Positions 50,960 through 63,700 of a DNA stretch of 64,000 nt are shown here, piece after piece. The stretch is from Octopus vulgaris. Its lineage: Eukaryota. The stretch covers positions 107,322,001 through 107,386,000 of the forward strand of contig OX597818.1 in assembly GCA_951406725.2 (NCBI GenBank), given 5' to 3'. The notes below the pieces were generated by a model. The model did no database searches, was not told the origin of the DNA, and saw only the letters and a list, made by a program, of their open reading frames with translations. The translations under genes and the position numbers were made by a program. Positions within the stretch are counted from its first letter, which is position 1. Every line of letters begins with the position of its first letter.

Positions 50960-51528
50960 TATGGTAAAGCATGAGCTTTGAACACTGGGCCTCACAGAGG
51001 CAATGACAGGAAACCGAGTCCTGTGGAGGTATGCTGTGATTGAGAAGACCTGACAACTAAAGTGAGATCACAGCCATGCATGTCCGGCCGAATTAAGAAT
51101 ACTCTTGATGCATCAGGTGATATGCTTGAGAAGACCTGTTGAGTCAAGTAAAACTAATATCGCAGCTGTGGCCAGTGCCCCCTGACTGGCCCCTGTGCTG
51201 GTGGCATGTAAAAAGTACTATCCAAATGTGATCGACACCAAGCCCACCTGACTGGCTCCTGTGCTAGTGGCACTTAAAAGGCACCAGCTGAATGTGGTTG
51301 ATACCAAGACCGCCTGAATGGCTCCTGTGCCGGTGGCATGTAAAAAGCACTATCCAAACGTGGTTGATGCCAGTACCCCATGATTGGCTCCCATGCCAGT
51401 GACACATAAAAAGCACCATCCATATGTGGCCGATGCCAGTACCCCCTGACTGGCTCCTGTCTTGGTGGCACATAAAAAGCACTATCCAAATGTGATCGAT
51501 GCCAGGCCCACCTGACTGGTTCCTGTGT
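50960..51528 (+). mobile_element. RTE ORF end plus 3'UTR with 66-bp tandem array
   Basis: MVKHEL*TLGLTEAMTGNRVLWRYAVIEKT, then units starting at 51171, 51237, 51303, 51369, 51435 and 51501. Confidence 0.85.
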
Positions 51529-51624
51529 TCAATTTGTTTGACTAAGATTCTTCACAGGAGTGCTCCAGCATGGCTGCAGTATAAGGACTGAAACAAGCAA
51601 AAGATAAAAGATACTCATAAACAA

Positions 51625-51732
51625 AAGGTTTCTTTCTGTTTCCATCAACCAAATGCATTCACAAGGGTTTGGGTGGCTTGGGCCCTAATTGTAAAACACT
51701 TGCCCCATGTGCATCACAGCAGGACTGAACCT
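51625..51732 (-). mobile_element. Degenerate CORE-like SINE fragment
   Basis: ttctttctgtttccatcaaccaaatgcattcacaagg...acacttgccc...ggactgaacc. Confidence 0.65.
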
Positions 51733-51765
51733 GTAATTAACGTATATATATACTTATATAAACAC

Positions 51766-51800
<35 letters not shown>

Positions 51801-51801
51801 A

Positions 51802-51833
<32 letters not shown>

Positions 51834-51990
51834 ACACACACACACACACACGAACACACATGCACGTGTGTGTGTATATATTAGCTGAAAGACAGATAAA
51901 AAGATAATTACTGTTGGAAGAGTTGCAGAATTGAAAGTAAAAGAGAGAATGAGAGACATAAAACCCTTTCTAGATCTGTGTCCCAGCACC

Positions 51991-52024
<34 letters not shown>

Positions 52025-52112
52025 CCATGCTAGCATGGAGAACGGACGTTAAACGATGATGATGATACATATATATATATATATATATACACATATATAC
52101 ATATATATACAT

Positions 52113-52155
<43 letters not shown>

Positions 52156-52769
52156 TGCATGCATACACACACTTATATACGTATTGGAAAATGCAGATGT
52201 GTAAAGAGAAAGAAAAATAGTGAAGTGGGAAGTGAAAGACAAAAAGAAATAAAATAGAGGAAGGACTCTGCTTATGAAAGAGAAAAGAGAAAGAGAGAAG
52301 GAGAGGAAGAGGGAGATGGAGAGGGGAACAAGTGTGTGTGTGTGTGTGTGTGTGCACGTGTGTGTGTGTGTATGTGTGTGTATGTGTGAGTGTGCACGTG
52401 TGTGAAGAGGAGCAATCTAAATAATGGGATATTTTACTGTTATCCTTTCTGGAAGCATCTATATTTCATATCAAATTCCCAAAGCATTGTTAGATAAAAC
52501 TTTAGGATCAAAGCTATTATTCTGTTATCACCAATTCAAACAATTCCATCTAGTTAAGCATCTTTCCATGGTTATTTCTGATTACAGAAGAAACGGAGCT
52601 GGTCAATATAGCTCGGTTGATAAATGCGTAACTCAAACTTGGAAACATACAGGATCAATCTCTTGAAATCACATCTGTGCTGGGTTTGCTTTACATACCA
52701 TCCCGTGAAAATAAGCGGCAACACTACCAATAAAGCACACACACACATGTAATACATCCATTTATATAT

Positions 52770-53062
52770 CTATATTTCGTATTAGTTTTCATATTATTTT
52801 TGTATTTATATTCGTGTAACATCATCCGTTTTTCCGTCCTTGTTTCATATACATTCGAAGCATTTTCCCAAGGAATCTAATGCTCCTAGCTTAGTTTTTT
52901 CCTTGGGGCTGGCCAGATTGGAGCAATCTCAAGATTAATCAGCCGAAATTGCGAGGATGATCCAGTTCTTGTCTGAAGATTAATGGCTTCGAATGACCCG
53001 TCCGTGTTTTTGTATCGTCTTCTGGATGTTTCGTGTTCTTGTCCCATTTTGTATCTTTTATA
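52770..53062. mobile_element. TA-embedded CpG-rich element, probable PLE pseudo-LTR
   Basis: Bounded by TA runs, retains many CpGs, T-rich plus strand; only partial ctgaaga/ccgaaa motifs. Confidence 0.4.
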
Positions 53063-53542
53063 TATACATTTATATATCTAAGTATATACGTATATACATG
53101 TGTGTATACATATATATGTATGTATGTACATACACACACATATATGTACATGTATGCATATATCTATGTGTGTGTGTGTGAACAATTCTTAGTGAACAGC
53201 TAGGATTTTAATATAAATTATGGAAGGGTATTATAAATATCAAGTCAGCAGAGAAAAGCAACAACAGGCTTGAGATGTGATTCAAATTTCACATCATGCA
53301 AATATTGTTTGTCAATAAAATTACACAGTTTCAACTTATTTCCTCTCACTCCCAGATTAGCCACCACAAGTCTTTTATTAACTCCAGAAGTTATCTTACA
53401 GGTTTCATAGATAATTGTTCAAGTGACGGAGCAGACACAATGGGATCAAGTATGAAATTGCATGATTGTGGAGCTAAATTCTTATGACATGTTCATAATC
53501 TCAATCCTGTTTATAAATGGTTTGTAATTTGAGTGAAGCCAT

Positions 53543-53762
53543 AAAGGCGGTGAGCTGGTAGAATCGTTACCATGCTGGGCAAAATGCTTTGTGGCACTTC
53601 CTCCATCTTTACATTCCGAGTTCAAATTATGTCAAGGTTGGCTTTGCCTTTCATCCCTTTTGGGGGTTCATAAAATAGGTACCAGTCAAATACTGGGGTT
53701 GATATAATCAACTTAATCCCAACCCTAAAATTGCTGATCTTGTGCCCAAACTTGAAAGCAAT
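53543..53762 (+). mobile_element. Meta-domain tRNA SINE
   Basis: aaggcggtgagctggtagaatcg, gagttcaaatt, ggctttgcctttcatcccttttggggg...aggtacca. Confidence 0.85.
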
Positions 53763-53804
53763 ATGAGTAAGGCCATTTTAATACTACTAATAATCACAGC
53801 ATCA

Positions 53805-54095
53805 CAGTATTGACCTGACCATCAGATGCTGTTACACACTGCTGATCACAATGCCCTTCCAGTTCTGTCTTGATTGCATCATTCTTTTTCATCATGACCC
53901 AAACTGCTTTACTAAATCATCTTCCCTTCATTGTGGAGGCCTTCCAAGGGGCCTTTTCCAAACAATTGGATTATCTCTCAACAACTGAATGGATACAGCT
54001 GGGGTCTTGGAACCTTACAGCATATCCAGGCCATTGGAATTTGTGATTTTGGTATTCTGCAATCACATCGTCCACTCTGCTGCATTTAACCACGA
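53805..54095 (-). mobile_element. RTE-like LINE 3' fragment
   Basis: Degenerate QWPGYAVR (cf. WxGHxxR) and a GRP-like C-terminal motif. Confidence 0.45.
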
Positions 54096-54685
54096 ATATG
54101 AAAAAAAAAAACCCACCAAGTCAGTAATGATGCCTCTACAAGGTTAATCTACCTGTTAGAAACAGCAGTAGCAAAGATTTCCACAGTACCATATTCAAAA
54201 CCACATACATAATGCCTATGAAACGAATAGAATGATCATAACTTGATCATAAGTCTACTCAAAAAGGATTGACCTGGTGTTAAATAACAACAGCTACTAA
54301 CTTCACTTCCTACTGATGAATGATAGAAACTAAAAACCGTGGGACCTGATAAGAATCATGACATTTAATCATAGAATTGTCAACACAATGAATAATGTAA
54401 TCTTAAATACACGATGCCTGAAAAATCTACCTCTGAACCAAGATCTACTGAATAGGGGCTGATCAGAGTGCAACAATAACAACAGTCTTTCTTTTACTCA
54501 TTTCAGTCATTTGAGTGTGGCCATACTGGGGCAGGGTTTCAGTCAAACAAATTGAACTGAGGACTTATTTTTTTACTTAATCTATCAGTCCCTTTTGCTG
54601 ATCCGCTAGGTAATGGGTGCATAAACAAACCAATACCAACGGTGGTGGTGGTGGTGGTGGAGGGAACAAATACATACACACACAT

Positions 54686-54759
<74 letters not shown>

Positions 54760-54866
54760 GAACGTTGTAGTTTGCTTGAAGCATTATAGTACAGAAGTAG
54801 AAAAGGAAAAGGAAAATATAGAAAGCTTCTAACAATGAAGAAACTTTTCCAAAAGCCTTTATATAT

Positions 54867-55085
54867 ATTTCTTTACTACCCACAAGGGGCTAAACACAGA
54901 GGGGACAAACAAGGACAGAGAAAGGGATTAAGTCAATTACATCGACCCCAGTGCGAAACTGGTACTTAATTTATCGACCCCGAAAGGATGAAAGGCAAAG
55001 TCGACCTCGGCGGAATTTGAACTCAGAACGTAGCGGCAGACAAAATACTGCTAATCGTTAACCTGGCCTACTAACGATTCTGCCA
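54867..55085 (-). mobile_element. Young Meta-domain tRNA SINE
   Basis: atcgaccccgaaaggatgaaaggcaaagtcgacctcggcggaatttgaactcagaacg with CpGs intact; near-identical to 58998-59205. Confidence 0.9.
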
Positions 55086-55834
55086 TTAGGGGCAAATGCT
55101 TGTCCTCAGAAGAAAGCAATTCAAGACACATCTAGTTACACTGATTTCATTATTTCATTTAAATAGCTTGGCATTTGGGTTAGCAGCTGTGGCAGCAAAC
55201 CTCCAAGTGTTGGTTGTTGTGACGTATTTTCATATGGGGGTGGGGGTGGAAAATGGTGTTGGTGGCATATGTTATGATGTTGGTTGCAGTTGCCATGATG
55301 TTTTCAGAGGAGCCACCAGCCCATCTCCTATCGACTGTCAATTTCCGGGCTGAAGCAGCAGCTTACTATAGCTTCCTTGATACAAAGATTTCCAGTGTTC
55401 CTCTCCAAGGCCTGTACAGGGGCTTGTCCTTATGCCTAGTTTGGCCATCTGCTGAACTGTAACACTAATGTCACAACTAACCACAGATCTATATCATGTC
55501 TGATGTATCTTGTTGTGCTGTTTTTGTTTGAGCCATGTCCTGGGACACAAATCTACGGTCAGAGACATGTTTGACAATTTCAGTCTGTGTTTTGGTCATC
55601 TTTTCTGTTCTAAAGATACAACAATCTGTACTTTTGCCTTTTTTGGTGGAGATCATTTTCCCAGATGTGTCCAAGAGGACTTCTTGTACTATTTGATGTC
55701 AGGGGAAATTTAATCTGCTTCCATCATTTCATAAGTAAAGCTATGTAATCTTTCTCATCAGGCTTGGATTATCCCCTGGGATAATGAAATACGACTGAGT
55801 TTTACAAAGTCCTCTTACTATTATATTTTCTTTC

Positions 55835-56030
55835 AAGGTGGCAAGCTGGCTGAATCGTTAGCATACCAGGCAAAATGCTGCTAATGCTCAGAATTCAAAT
55901 TCCACTGAGGTCAGCTTTTCCTTTCATCCTTTTGGGGTTGATAAAATAAGTACCAGTTGAACACTGGGGTCAATGTAATCAACTTACCCTCTTCCCGAAA
56001 TTGCTTGCCTTGTGCTAAAATTTTAAAGCA
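55835..56030 (+). mobile_element. Meta-domain tRNA SINE
   Basis: aaggtggcaagctggctgaatcg...cctttcatccttttggggttgataaaataagtacca. Confidence 0.85.
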
Positions 56031-56281
56031 TTATTATATTTTCTTTGTAATTGTGATAGATCCATTAATATTGACATTTTTTTGGCCATCTTAGAAACGT
56101 CTGAATCACTTGTACATTTGTGTGTGTCTCATACACACCTCCCCATACACTTTCTACAACTTCATGTAGGCCTCTGAGCAGGTATCACCATGACAACTTT
56201 GTCTGTCGCGGTCAATGTGACAATCACATGCTACACACCTTCCTTCCAAGCACTGCTGTAAACAGCAGAAAAGACTTAGAA

Positions 56282-56605
56282 TGTTAAAACGTAGTGCACA
56301 AGCACAACAAAGTTCAAAGTGAATCTTTGCCAAGTGGCTTTACTCTGCCTGCTTTAGCTTCATTACTATGACAACAGTTCAGATACTTATTGATCTGACC
56401 TCGTAAATAATAGTGATCCGAGTGAGTTCAGAGTTCAGAGCCGAGTGAAGTTCATGTTAGTTCACAGTGAAGTCAGAAGGTGTTGGTTGGTTAGTTCACG
56501 AAGAATATTGATTGTTGGTTCATAAAGAGATTTGTTAGGTTATTACATTGTTTTTATTGTTGTCTGGTTATCTTATTAATTGTACGTAACAATCACGATA
56601 CAACA
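56282..56605 (+). mobile_element. Possible solo LTR
   Basis: Starts TGT, ends cacgatacaaca, internal agttca repeats; no target-site duplication found. Confidence 0.2.
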
Positions 56606-56761
56606 AGTGTATAAACATTGTTTCATAAGGTTGTGAAACAAACCTCTTTTCCTGTTGTCTCGTCCTGAAAACTCACTCCTGAGAAAATAAAAATTCATTT
56701 TACAAAAATACTCCAAAGAAGATTTTCATTCGATAATGTTAAAATTAAAACATGTTTTGAA

Positions 56762-56970
56762 AGGTGGATCAGACAGATACCATCGCACTACATGCTTTGG
56801 ACAAAATGCTTAATGGTATTTCTTCTGGCTTTATGAACTGAGCTGAAATTCTGCCAAGGTGGACTTTGCCACTAATCCTTTCAGGGCCGATAAAATAAAA
56901 GAATTAGTTCAGCACAAGGGACAATATAATTGACTGGCCCCTTTGCTAAGTTTCAGGCTTGCACTTTTAA
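56762..56970 (+). mobile_element. Degenerate Meta-domain SINE
   Basis: aaaatgcttaatggtattt...ccaaggtggactttgcc...tcctttcagggccgataaaa. Confidence 0.65.
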
Positions 56971-57021
56971 TAGAAAGAGACAGAAAATAATTAAGCCTTA
57001 CAAACACATTTGACATTAAAG

Positions 57022-57385
57022 TCATCATCATCATCATCATCATCACCCCCTCCCCCTCCTCACCTTCATCATCATCATTATCCCCCCTCCTCCTCCTCCT
57101 CCTCATCATCATCATCATCATTGAACATCCAATCCATGCTGGCATGAATTGGATGGTTTGACTGGAGTTGGCAAACCAGAGAGCTGCACCAGGTTCCATT
57201 CATCTGCTTTGGCATGCCCTTCCATGACTGGATGCCCTTCCAAACACCGACCACTTTACAGAGTGTACTGAGTGCTTTCTGTGTGACACCAGCGTGGGTG
57301 CTTCTTACATGGTGCCAACACGGGTGGTGCTTTTTATGTGGCACTAGTACATGTGTTTTTTTATGTGGCACCAGTGCCAGCTGGT
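57022..57385 (-). mobile_element. RTE 3'-end fragment with expanded (GAT/GAG)n tail
   Basis: catcattgaacatccaatccatgctggcatg...ggatgcccttccaaacaccgaccactttacagagtg. Confidence 0.8.
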
Positions 57386-58084
57386 CAATATATAAGCAAT
57401 GAAATACAATTGGCACCAGAGATAGTATTTCCACTGCTGGAACAATTATAATTGATTCATACTCCATGTTGCTTTGCTTTCAGTTGTCTGCCTATGTACT
57501 GCTACATGTCTATTTATGCAGAGCTGAGTAGAATATCCTCAAGAACAAGGATATCCACACCATAATGCATACAAACAACAACAACATCATAAACCCACAG
57601 CCTGGTTAATGGCATAAAAAACCATCGTGCAACCTCTTTTGCTCTTCTTTTAACCAAACACAAACATACACTGCACACAAAAACAGCTGTAACATCAATT
57701 TCCTATCCAGCTCAAAAATCCGTGCCAGATTTCCTATCATCTCTAATAAATTCTAAAGAATCACAGCTGTCTCTTACACACTGACTCTACCTCATCCACT
57801 TTCACTCATCAATCTAACACTTATCAGCTTTATTCCTCTCGTTCCTGTTTTCCCTTGTAATATCTCGCCAACTCTAATGTCAGTTTTAAAGCAATCAATA
57901 GCTAGGTTGCTATTGTTTCCTCATAGATTTATTGACAATACATTCTCCAACACAACCATTCACATTTCTCTCTTCTTTCTTTCTTTCTTTCTTTCTCCTT
58001 TCCCCTCTTTCCTCTTAGCTCTCTTTCTCCCTTTCAATCTCTTTATTTCTATCAGTCTGTTTGTTTGTCTTTCTGTCTCTCTCG

Positions 58085-58151
58085 CTCTATCTATCTATCT
58101 ATCTATCTATCTGTCTGTCTGTCTCTCTATATCTATCTGTCTGTCTGTCTA

Positions 58152-58248
<97 letters not shown>

Positions 58249-58285
58249 GTCAGTCTATCTGTCAGTCTGTCTGTTTGTCTGTCTG

Positions 58286-58339
<54 letters not shown>

Positions 58340-58364
58340 CATCCATCCATCCATCCATCCATCC

Positions 58365-58414
<50 letters not shown>

Positions 58415-58470
58415 TTTGTTCATCTATCTATCTAACTATCTGTCTGTCCGTCCGTCCATCCGTCCGTCTG

Positions 58471-58502
<32 letters not shown>

Positions 58503-58503
58503 C

Positions 58504-58539
<36 letters not shown>

Positions 58540-58740
58540 ATATATATATATATCTATCTATCTATCTATCTATCTATATATATATATCTATCTATCTATC
58601 TACTCTAGTTGTCTGTCTGTCTTTCAGTAAACCTACCTTCCTACCTACCTACCTACATACCTACATACCTACCTGCCTGCCTACTCATCTACCTATCTAC
58701 TCTATTTGTCTATTTAATTGTCTGTCTGTCTGTGTGTATG
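58085..58740. repeat. Compound (TATC/TGTC/CATC/CTAC)n microsatellite
   Basis: Direct; explains the 243-aa and 226-aa ORFs. Confidence 0.95.
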
Positions 58741-58997
58741 TTTAATCATTATGGTGTTGTGTGCATATCAATTTAGTGTACTTTGGTAAGAAGAAGCTAT
58801 TCAATGATACAGACTATTCTCATCACTCTGGTGGGTCCATTAGTTCTGGTGCTGTAGAGAAAAAAGTTCATCAGGTGGGATATATTAAGCAATATACAGA
58901 TAATAACATAGATTATAAAACATTGCAATCAGGCGACAGGATTTTGTGAAGAGGACAACAAGCGTAGCTTTAGATGCAGTTTCAGACAGGCTGTAAA

Positions 58998-59205
58998 TAT
59001 ATTTCTTTACTACCCACAAGGGGCTAAACACAGAGGGGACAAACAAGGAGGGACAAACGGATTAAGTCGATTACATCGACCCCAGTGCAAAACTGGTACT
59101 TTATTTATCGACCCCGAAAGGATGAAAGGTAAAGTCGACCTCGGCGGAATTTGAACTCAGAACATAACGACAGACGAAATACCACTAAGCATTTTGCCCG
59201 GCGCT
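58998..59205 (-). mobile_element. Young Meta-domain tRNA SINE
   Basis: Near-identical to 54867-55085, including the tail atatttctttactacccacaaggggctaaacacagagggg. Confidence 0.9.
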
Positions 59206-59242
59206 AATGTTTCAAAGGAATTAATTGTTTTTGAATCCTTAT

Positions 59243-59420
59243 TGGTTTCGAACTTTGGCACAAGGCCAGCAATTTTGGAGCTGGAGGTAAGTCGGTTTCA
59301 TTGACCTCAGTGTCCAACTTGTACCTACTTTATCGACCTTGAAATGATGAGAAGCACAGTTGACTTAGGTGGAATTTGAACTCAGAATCTAATGCTAAGG
59401 ATTTTGTCTGGCAGTGTTTC
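59243..59420 (-). mobile_element. Older Meta-domain SINE
   Basis: ggtttcgaactttggcacaaggccagcaatttt...tttatcgacc...ggaatttgaactcagaa. Confidence 0.75.
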
Positions 59421-59736
59421 TGAACAAATATTAAATTAGACAAAGTTTCGTTCATTCGATCTCTCTTTTTACTGTCTGTGATGAATGGCGATATACATTT
59501 GAAAAAAATAAAACACAAAGACCAAAATTTAATAAATATAGTTTCAGACAAAATAAATATGTAAAAGAATAAAATAAAGGAAAATAAAAATATTCAAAAT
59601 AAATAAATAAATGAAAATAAAGTGATAAAAAAGATAACTAAATAAAAGACACTGGTACAGTGTAGTAAGCAAACACATACACACACACACATACACACAA
59701 AGCACATATACTAAACACACAGACATGTGCGCACAG

Positions 59737-59774
<38 letters not shown>

Positions 59775-59949
59775 ACATAGAAATACAGACACAAATGCAT
59801 GTGCAGGTAAGGCTACACACCACAGAAAGACAGAATGGACTAAAGAGAACAGAAGGGGACACATGGGATGAAGGGTCACTGAAGAGGTCACAGGATGAGT
59901 GATGAAAGAATTCAGACAAAGGGACAATAAAATAATGATAATAATAATA

Positions 59950-61400
59950 ATATTGCTAAAGTGAAGAACAAGTATATGGTGCATATGGTTAAATGACAAA
60001 AAATATGACCATCGCCACAAACATGAGTTCTTTCTTCAGGAAGAAAAAAGAAGCTAGTAGGAATGTGAATGTATCAAAAAGAAAGGAAATTTATTATATG
60101 ATTGGATAAATTATTAAAAGGGCAAAAGGGACAAAACAGTGAAGGGCTGGAAATTAGGATGGGGAAATGCTGTTCAACAGCAGAGTTGAGAAGGAAGCAA
60201 GGGTCAAGTATGTAGTCTCAAAATCATGTTTTCAGCTTTAGATGTAGGAGAGAGAGAGGTGGGGTGGAAGTCAGGGATTTTGTAAAACCGAAATTGTGAT
60301 GGTGAAGGTTGCATTGTCATAAGAGACAGAGATGGATTATTTGCAAAGGAAGAGAAAGGGGTTAGGGTTAGGGTGAATGAAGAAGATGAAGGAGCTTAGC
60401 TCTCTGTGGGAGAGAAAGAGGTTGTTGATTCAGTGATAAAGGTAACCACTGTATAACCATGAAGTGGGATAAAATTAGGATTCATTGTAATCAACAAATA
60501 ATTTGGTATAGTTTGAGTCCGTTTTTGTGTCCGTAGTGGGATGAATTTTTGTTAAACAGAGTGGTATGGAGGCTGAGGAAATGCTGGAAAGGAAAGAGGT
60601 CTTTGTCTTAAGAGATTACAATATACAAAGAAGTGAAAAGGGTCAAAGGTGGTTGGCACCAAAGGAAAGAAGAGAAGATGGTGAATAGTGTGGTTGATAT
60701 TTGAGAGGTGGTAGGGGAGATTAGCAACCATGAGTGCAAGTGGGGTGAGAAATAGGCAGAGGGGAGCTGATACATGCAGAAACCATGGGGCAGCCTGGGA
60801 GTTAAACATGTTGGGGACAAAATATATGGTGGAGGTGCAGGTTAGCAGATGAGGAGGCTGGAATCTCAGGGATGAAAGGGAGGAGAGGGGTAAGTTGGTG
60901 GAGTGGATACATTGTAGATTGTAGGGATGGGATCAGAGAACAAAGGATATTGTGGAGCTATGATAATGGAATGATCCTGTAGAAGCAAGCACACCACACA
61001 ACTATGTTGGTGCTTTACAGAGCTGACAGGAGCAGAGTGAAGAGAGTTTGGTCTGTGAAGACTTCTGAAAACTGGTGGATTTCTTAATGATAGGCCTGAA
61101 CAAAAAGGTTCTGGGTTCGATGACACAGTTGTGCAGTGTCAAAACAGGAAAGGGACATGGAGAGGTTGGTAGAGGAGGCGAAGGAGGAAGAGGAGGATTG
61201 GGTGAAATGGTTGGAGGTGAAATCGGTGGAGCAGATTGGGTGATCACTGAGTGTGCAAGAGTGGTGGTGTAAGGTGTAGAAAGGACAGGAGTGGAGGAAG
61301 TGGAGCAGGTGGGAGTATGAGTAAGATGTGGGAAAGGTGAAATGTAGGAATGGAAGAAGAGATAGGAAAGGTGGGTGCAGATGGGTAGGCCACAGGAAAT
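59950..61400 (-). mobile_element. Decayed Penelope-like RT
   Basis: In order across frameshifts: IYFVPN (cf. YxLPKIH), PGCPMVSAC (cf. PGRPIVSAC), VANLPYHLSNINH, TSLYIVI (cf. SLYTVIP), DTKTDSNYTKLFVDY (cf. MGTKMGPNYANLFVGY). Confidence 0.75.
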
Positions 61401-61988
61401 GCTTCTAAGTGTAAAAAATGTCAAAAAATATATAAAATAAAAAATTTTTTTTAATATTTATTAAGTAGAATACATTTATAGTCCAAAGAGTAGAATTAAT
61501 TATAATAAGTATGTAAGGAAATCTACTTTACCAGAAATAACAGGTTAGATTAAATATATTGAAATGATAGGTTAGTATTAATAGTGTCTGAGACATGTTG
61601 TTGATGTATCAGGAGAGGGAGGAGAAGGAGAGTAAGAAGATGAAGGAGAGGGGAAAGAAGGAGAAAGAAGAAGATGAAGAGGAAAAGAAGAAGGTTATGG
61701 CAAAGGAACTGAGTAGGAATTAGGTATTTGGAGATGTGAGGAAATTGTTTGGTGTAAAGAGCAAAACAGAGAATTCAAAATATAAATTGAAAGAAATAAA
61801 AAAAATTTAGGCAAAGAGGATTGGCAGGTGAAGCTAAAGTATTAAGGTAGATTAAGGTAACAAGATTAAGGTAGATTAAGGTAACAAGATGGGTTAAAGA
61901 CTGCTACTGGGGTCTGAGAAGAATGTGTACATGGAAAAGAAAATCTGTCAGAAACTTAGTATATACACAAAATCATGTGTGTTAAATA

Positions 61989-62600
61989 CATCATCATCAT
62001 CATTTAACGTCCGTGTTCCATACTAGCATGGATGGGATGGTACCACAAAGTCGGCCAGGCCAAAGCCTGCACCAGACTTCTGTGACTGTTTGGCAGGATT
62101 TTTACAACTGGATGCCCTTCCTGACACCAACCACTCAGTAGAGTGGACTTAGTGCTTAGGATGGAGATGGTGGCAAAATGCGAGACATACTCACAAGGAA
62201 CAAGGATCAGAGTATAAATGAGATGGTTGAGTAAAGGAAGAGTGCAAATAAGTGGCAAAAGACCTGAGTATATATAGATTTGGTGGGGCTATTGGATAGC
62301 AATGATACAGAGGAACAGAGGTGTGAGTACAGGATTGGGGAGTGAGAGCTAGGCATAGTGAATGGAGGAGGAAATGTGTAAAAGAGAAGAGATGTAAATT
62401 GGTTTGTTGGGGTAGAGTGAGAGGAAAAGTTTTCTTGTTAGTCCTGGGTGGATTAGCAGATGGCAATAACAAAATGAGACAAGGTATGTGGGTACAACAC
62501 ACAGGTTGGGGGCAAGCAGAGAGCAATGATACAGTGGCACTGGGCCAGGGCCAAGAGGACAAGATTGGAGAGTGGGGGGGTAATCATAGTACATGAAGTA
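61989..62600 (-). mobile_element. RTE-derived non-autonomous element with purine-rich body
   Basis: catcatcatttaacgtccgtgttccatactagcatgg...ggatgcccttcctgacaccaaccactc then a GA-rich segment like 14300-14780. Confidence 0.65.
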
Positions 62601-62717
62601 GAAATGTGAGGGAGAGAAGGGATGTAAATTGGTTTGTTGGGGTGGGGTGAGAGGAAAGTTTTCTTGTTACGTATAACATGTTACCCTGACAACAAAATAA
62701 GAAATTAACTAAATAGG

Positions 62718-62905
62718 AATGGCTCTGTAGTAAGAAGTTTGCTTCTCAACTACATTATTCTGGGTTCACTTTCATTGCCTGGCACCTTGAGCAAGTGTCT
62801 TCTGTTATACCTTTAGGCTGCCCCTTGTGGGCAATATGAAGCCTTGTGAGAGGAATTGGCAAAGAAACACTGAAAACAAATATATATATATGTATATATA
62901 TGTAC

Positions 62906-62940
<35 letters not shown>

Positions 62941-63700
62941 AATGTTTGTAGCCACTTCAACATTGCTGTTCCATTTGAATAGACTTTACTGCAATTTTTT
63001 AACCCCGAGAGGTCATTTCCTCTAGCTGGTAAATGATGCACAGCTGCATCCGATATATTGTGAGCAAGGAACCAACCCCTACCACCTTCTAGCGACAGGA
63101 CCAACACACCAGCCTGGTTTCAGGATATTTCTGCCTCTCTTCAGTACTGGACACTTTGTCTGCTAGAAATGGCAGTTGCTCACCTCTGCTCACAACATAT
63201 ATATAAATTCAAGCAACACACAGTCACTGATCTTGCAACAAGCAAAAACAAGCAGGTGTGCATTGTTAACCAGCCAGAAGAGATGTCCTTTTGGGGTTAA
63301 AAAATCATAGTAAAGTCCGTCTGAGCAGAACAGCCATGTTGAAGTGGCTAGAAACATTACTTGTTAGTACAACTACTGGTATCATCTCTTGGAGAGATTT
63401 TAGAACTAGCCTTTTAGCTTATATATGTGTGTGTGTGTGTGGGGGGGTTGTGTGTGTGTATGTGTGCGTGTGTATTTATATATGTGTTTGTATATACATT
63501 TATATATGTTTGTGCGTTTGTCTCCCACCATTACTTGTGTATATGTTCCTGTAACTTAGCAATTTGGCAAAAGAGACTGATAGAATGAGTACCATGGTTA
63601 AAAATAAAGTCAGTACTGGGGTTGATACATTAGACTAGAATTCTTGAAGCCAGTGCTCCAGCATGGTCACGGTCTAACTGAAAAAGGTAAAAGATAAAAC
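62718..63700 (+). mobile_element. CORE-like tRNA SINE interrupted by a fold-back element
   Basis: Head 62718-62880 (gggttcacttt, ggcaccttgagcaagtgtctt); (TG)n and tail (gcaaaagagactgatagaatgagtacc...cagcatggtcac) at 63420-63700. Confidence 0.8.
62938..63361. mobile_element. Fold-back MITE with about 110-bp terminal inverted repeats
   Basis: agtaatgtttgtagccacttcaacattgctgttc... pairs with ...gaacagccatgttgaagtggctagaaacattact. Confidence 0.88.

Noticed and set aside
51171-51528. CRISPR-like regular array
   Set aside because: The whole 66-bp unit repeats with no unique spacers, there are no cas genes, and it lies in a eukaryotic LINE 3'UTR.
55350-55720. Possible Gypsy integrase zinc-finger relic on minus
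   Set aside because: Only vague similarity; HHCC residues cannot be recovered by eye.
57877-58745. Longest ORFs (243 and 226 aa) and similar YI/CV/LS/poly-D/H/S ORFs throughout
   Set aside because: They are translations of stop-free microsatellites with no domain content.
60358-60373. Telomeric TTAGGG repeats
   Set aside because: Only about two units, inside a G-rich PLE relic; expected by chance.
61841-61890. 24-bp tandem duplication, plus the roughly 70-bp direct repeat at 62371/62601
   Set aside because: Ordinary local duplications with no further structure.
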